Below, piece after piece: positions 63,867-64,000 of a stretch of 64,000 nt of DNA; the first letter of the stretch is position 1; the number at the start of each line of letters is the position of its first letter. Under the pieces are notes generated by a model. It saw nothing but the letters and a program-made list of their open reading frames with translations, made no database searches and was not told the origin of the DNA. This DNA comes from Octopus sinensis. Taxonomy: Eukaryota. The stretch lies in assembly GCF_006345805.1 (NCBI RefSeq), contig NC_043000.1, forward strand, positions 124,001 to 188,000, given 5' to 3'. A program made the position numbers and the translations under genes.

Positions 63867-64000
63867 ATTTCTGACGATGATAGTGGTGGTGGTGGTGGTG
63901 CTACTGTCGTTGCTGCTGCTGGTGCTAATGTTGATGATGGTCGTCATGATGTTGAAGATGATGATGAAGGTGTTGCTGCTGCCGCTGTACCACCACCACC

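Overview
AT-rich, microsatellite-saturated eukaryotic DNA with one 100-N gap (37619-37718). The SINE, LINE and mariner repertoire looks like a coleoid cephalopod, most likely Octopus; this is recognition from memory, not a database result. No host protein-coding exon, rRNA, true tRNA gene or CRISPR array is recognisable, and most ORF-track entries are microsatellite read-through. The window is a mosaic of transposons: three tRNA-derived SINE families (about 30 copies), four copies of a Tx1/L1-clade LINE (one with an almost intact EN-RT-zinc-finger ORF2), RTE, CR1-like and possibly Hero remnants, mariner/Tc1 MITEs and fragments, a full-length decayed Buster-type hAT, and a Merlin-like foldback carrying telomeric repeats. 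Main discovery: about a dozen hammerhead-ribozyme motifs, intact and decayed, in at least five unrelated short non-coding repeat families. Four of these insertions share one architecture: (TA)n, inverted truncated arm, full arm, short unpaired tail, (TA)n, and two of them carry a hammerhead on each strand head-to-head. This fits Penelope-like pseudo-LTRs or retrozyme-like non-autonomous elements that insert in (TA)n. Hammerheads in Penelope-like elements are established knowledge; the density, variant cores, foldback geometry and (TA)n association seen here deserve follow-up. Second highlight: the Tx1-like LINE appears to target (TCTA)n/(GATA)n microsatellites. Coordinates were read by eye, and the ends of decayed repeats are approximate.
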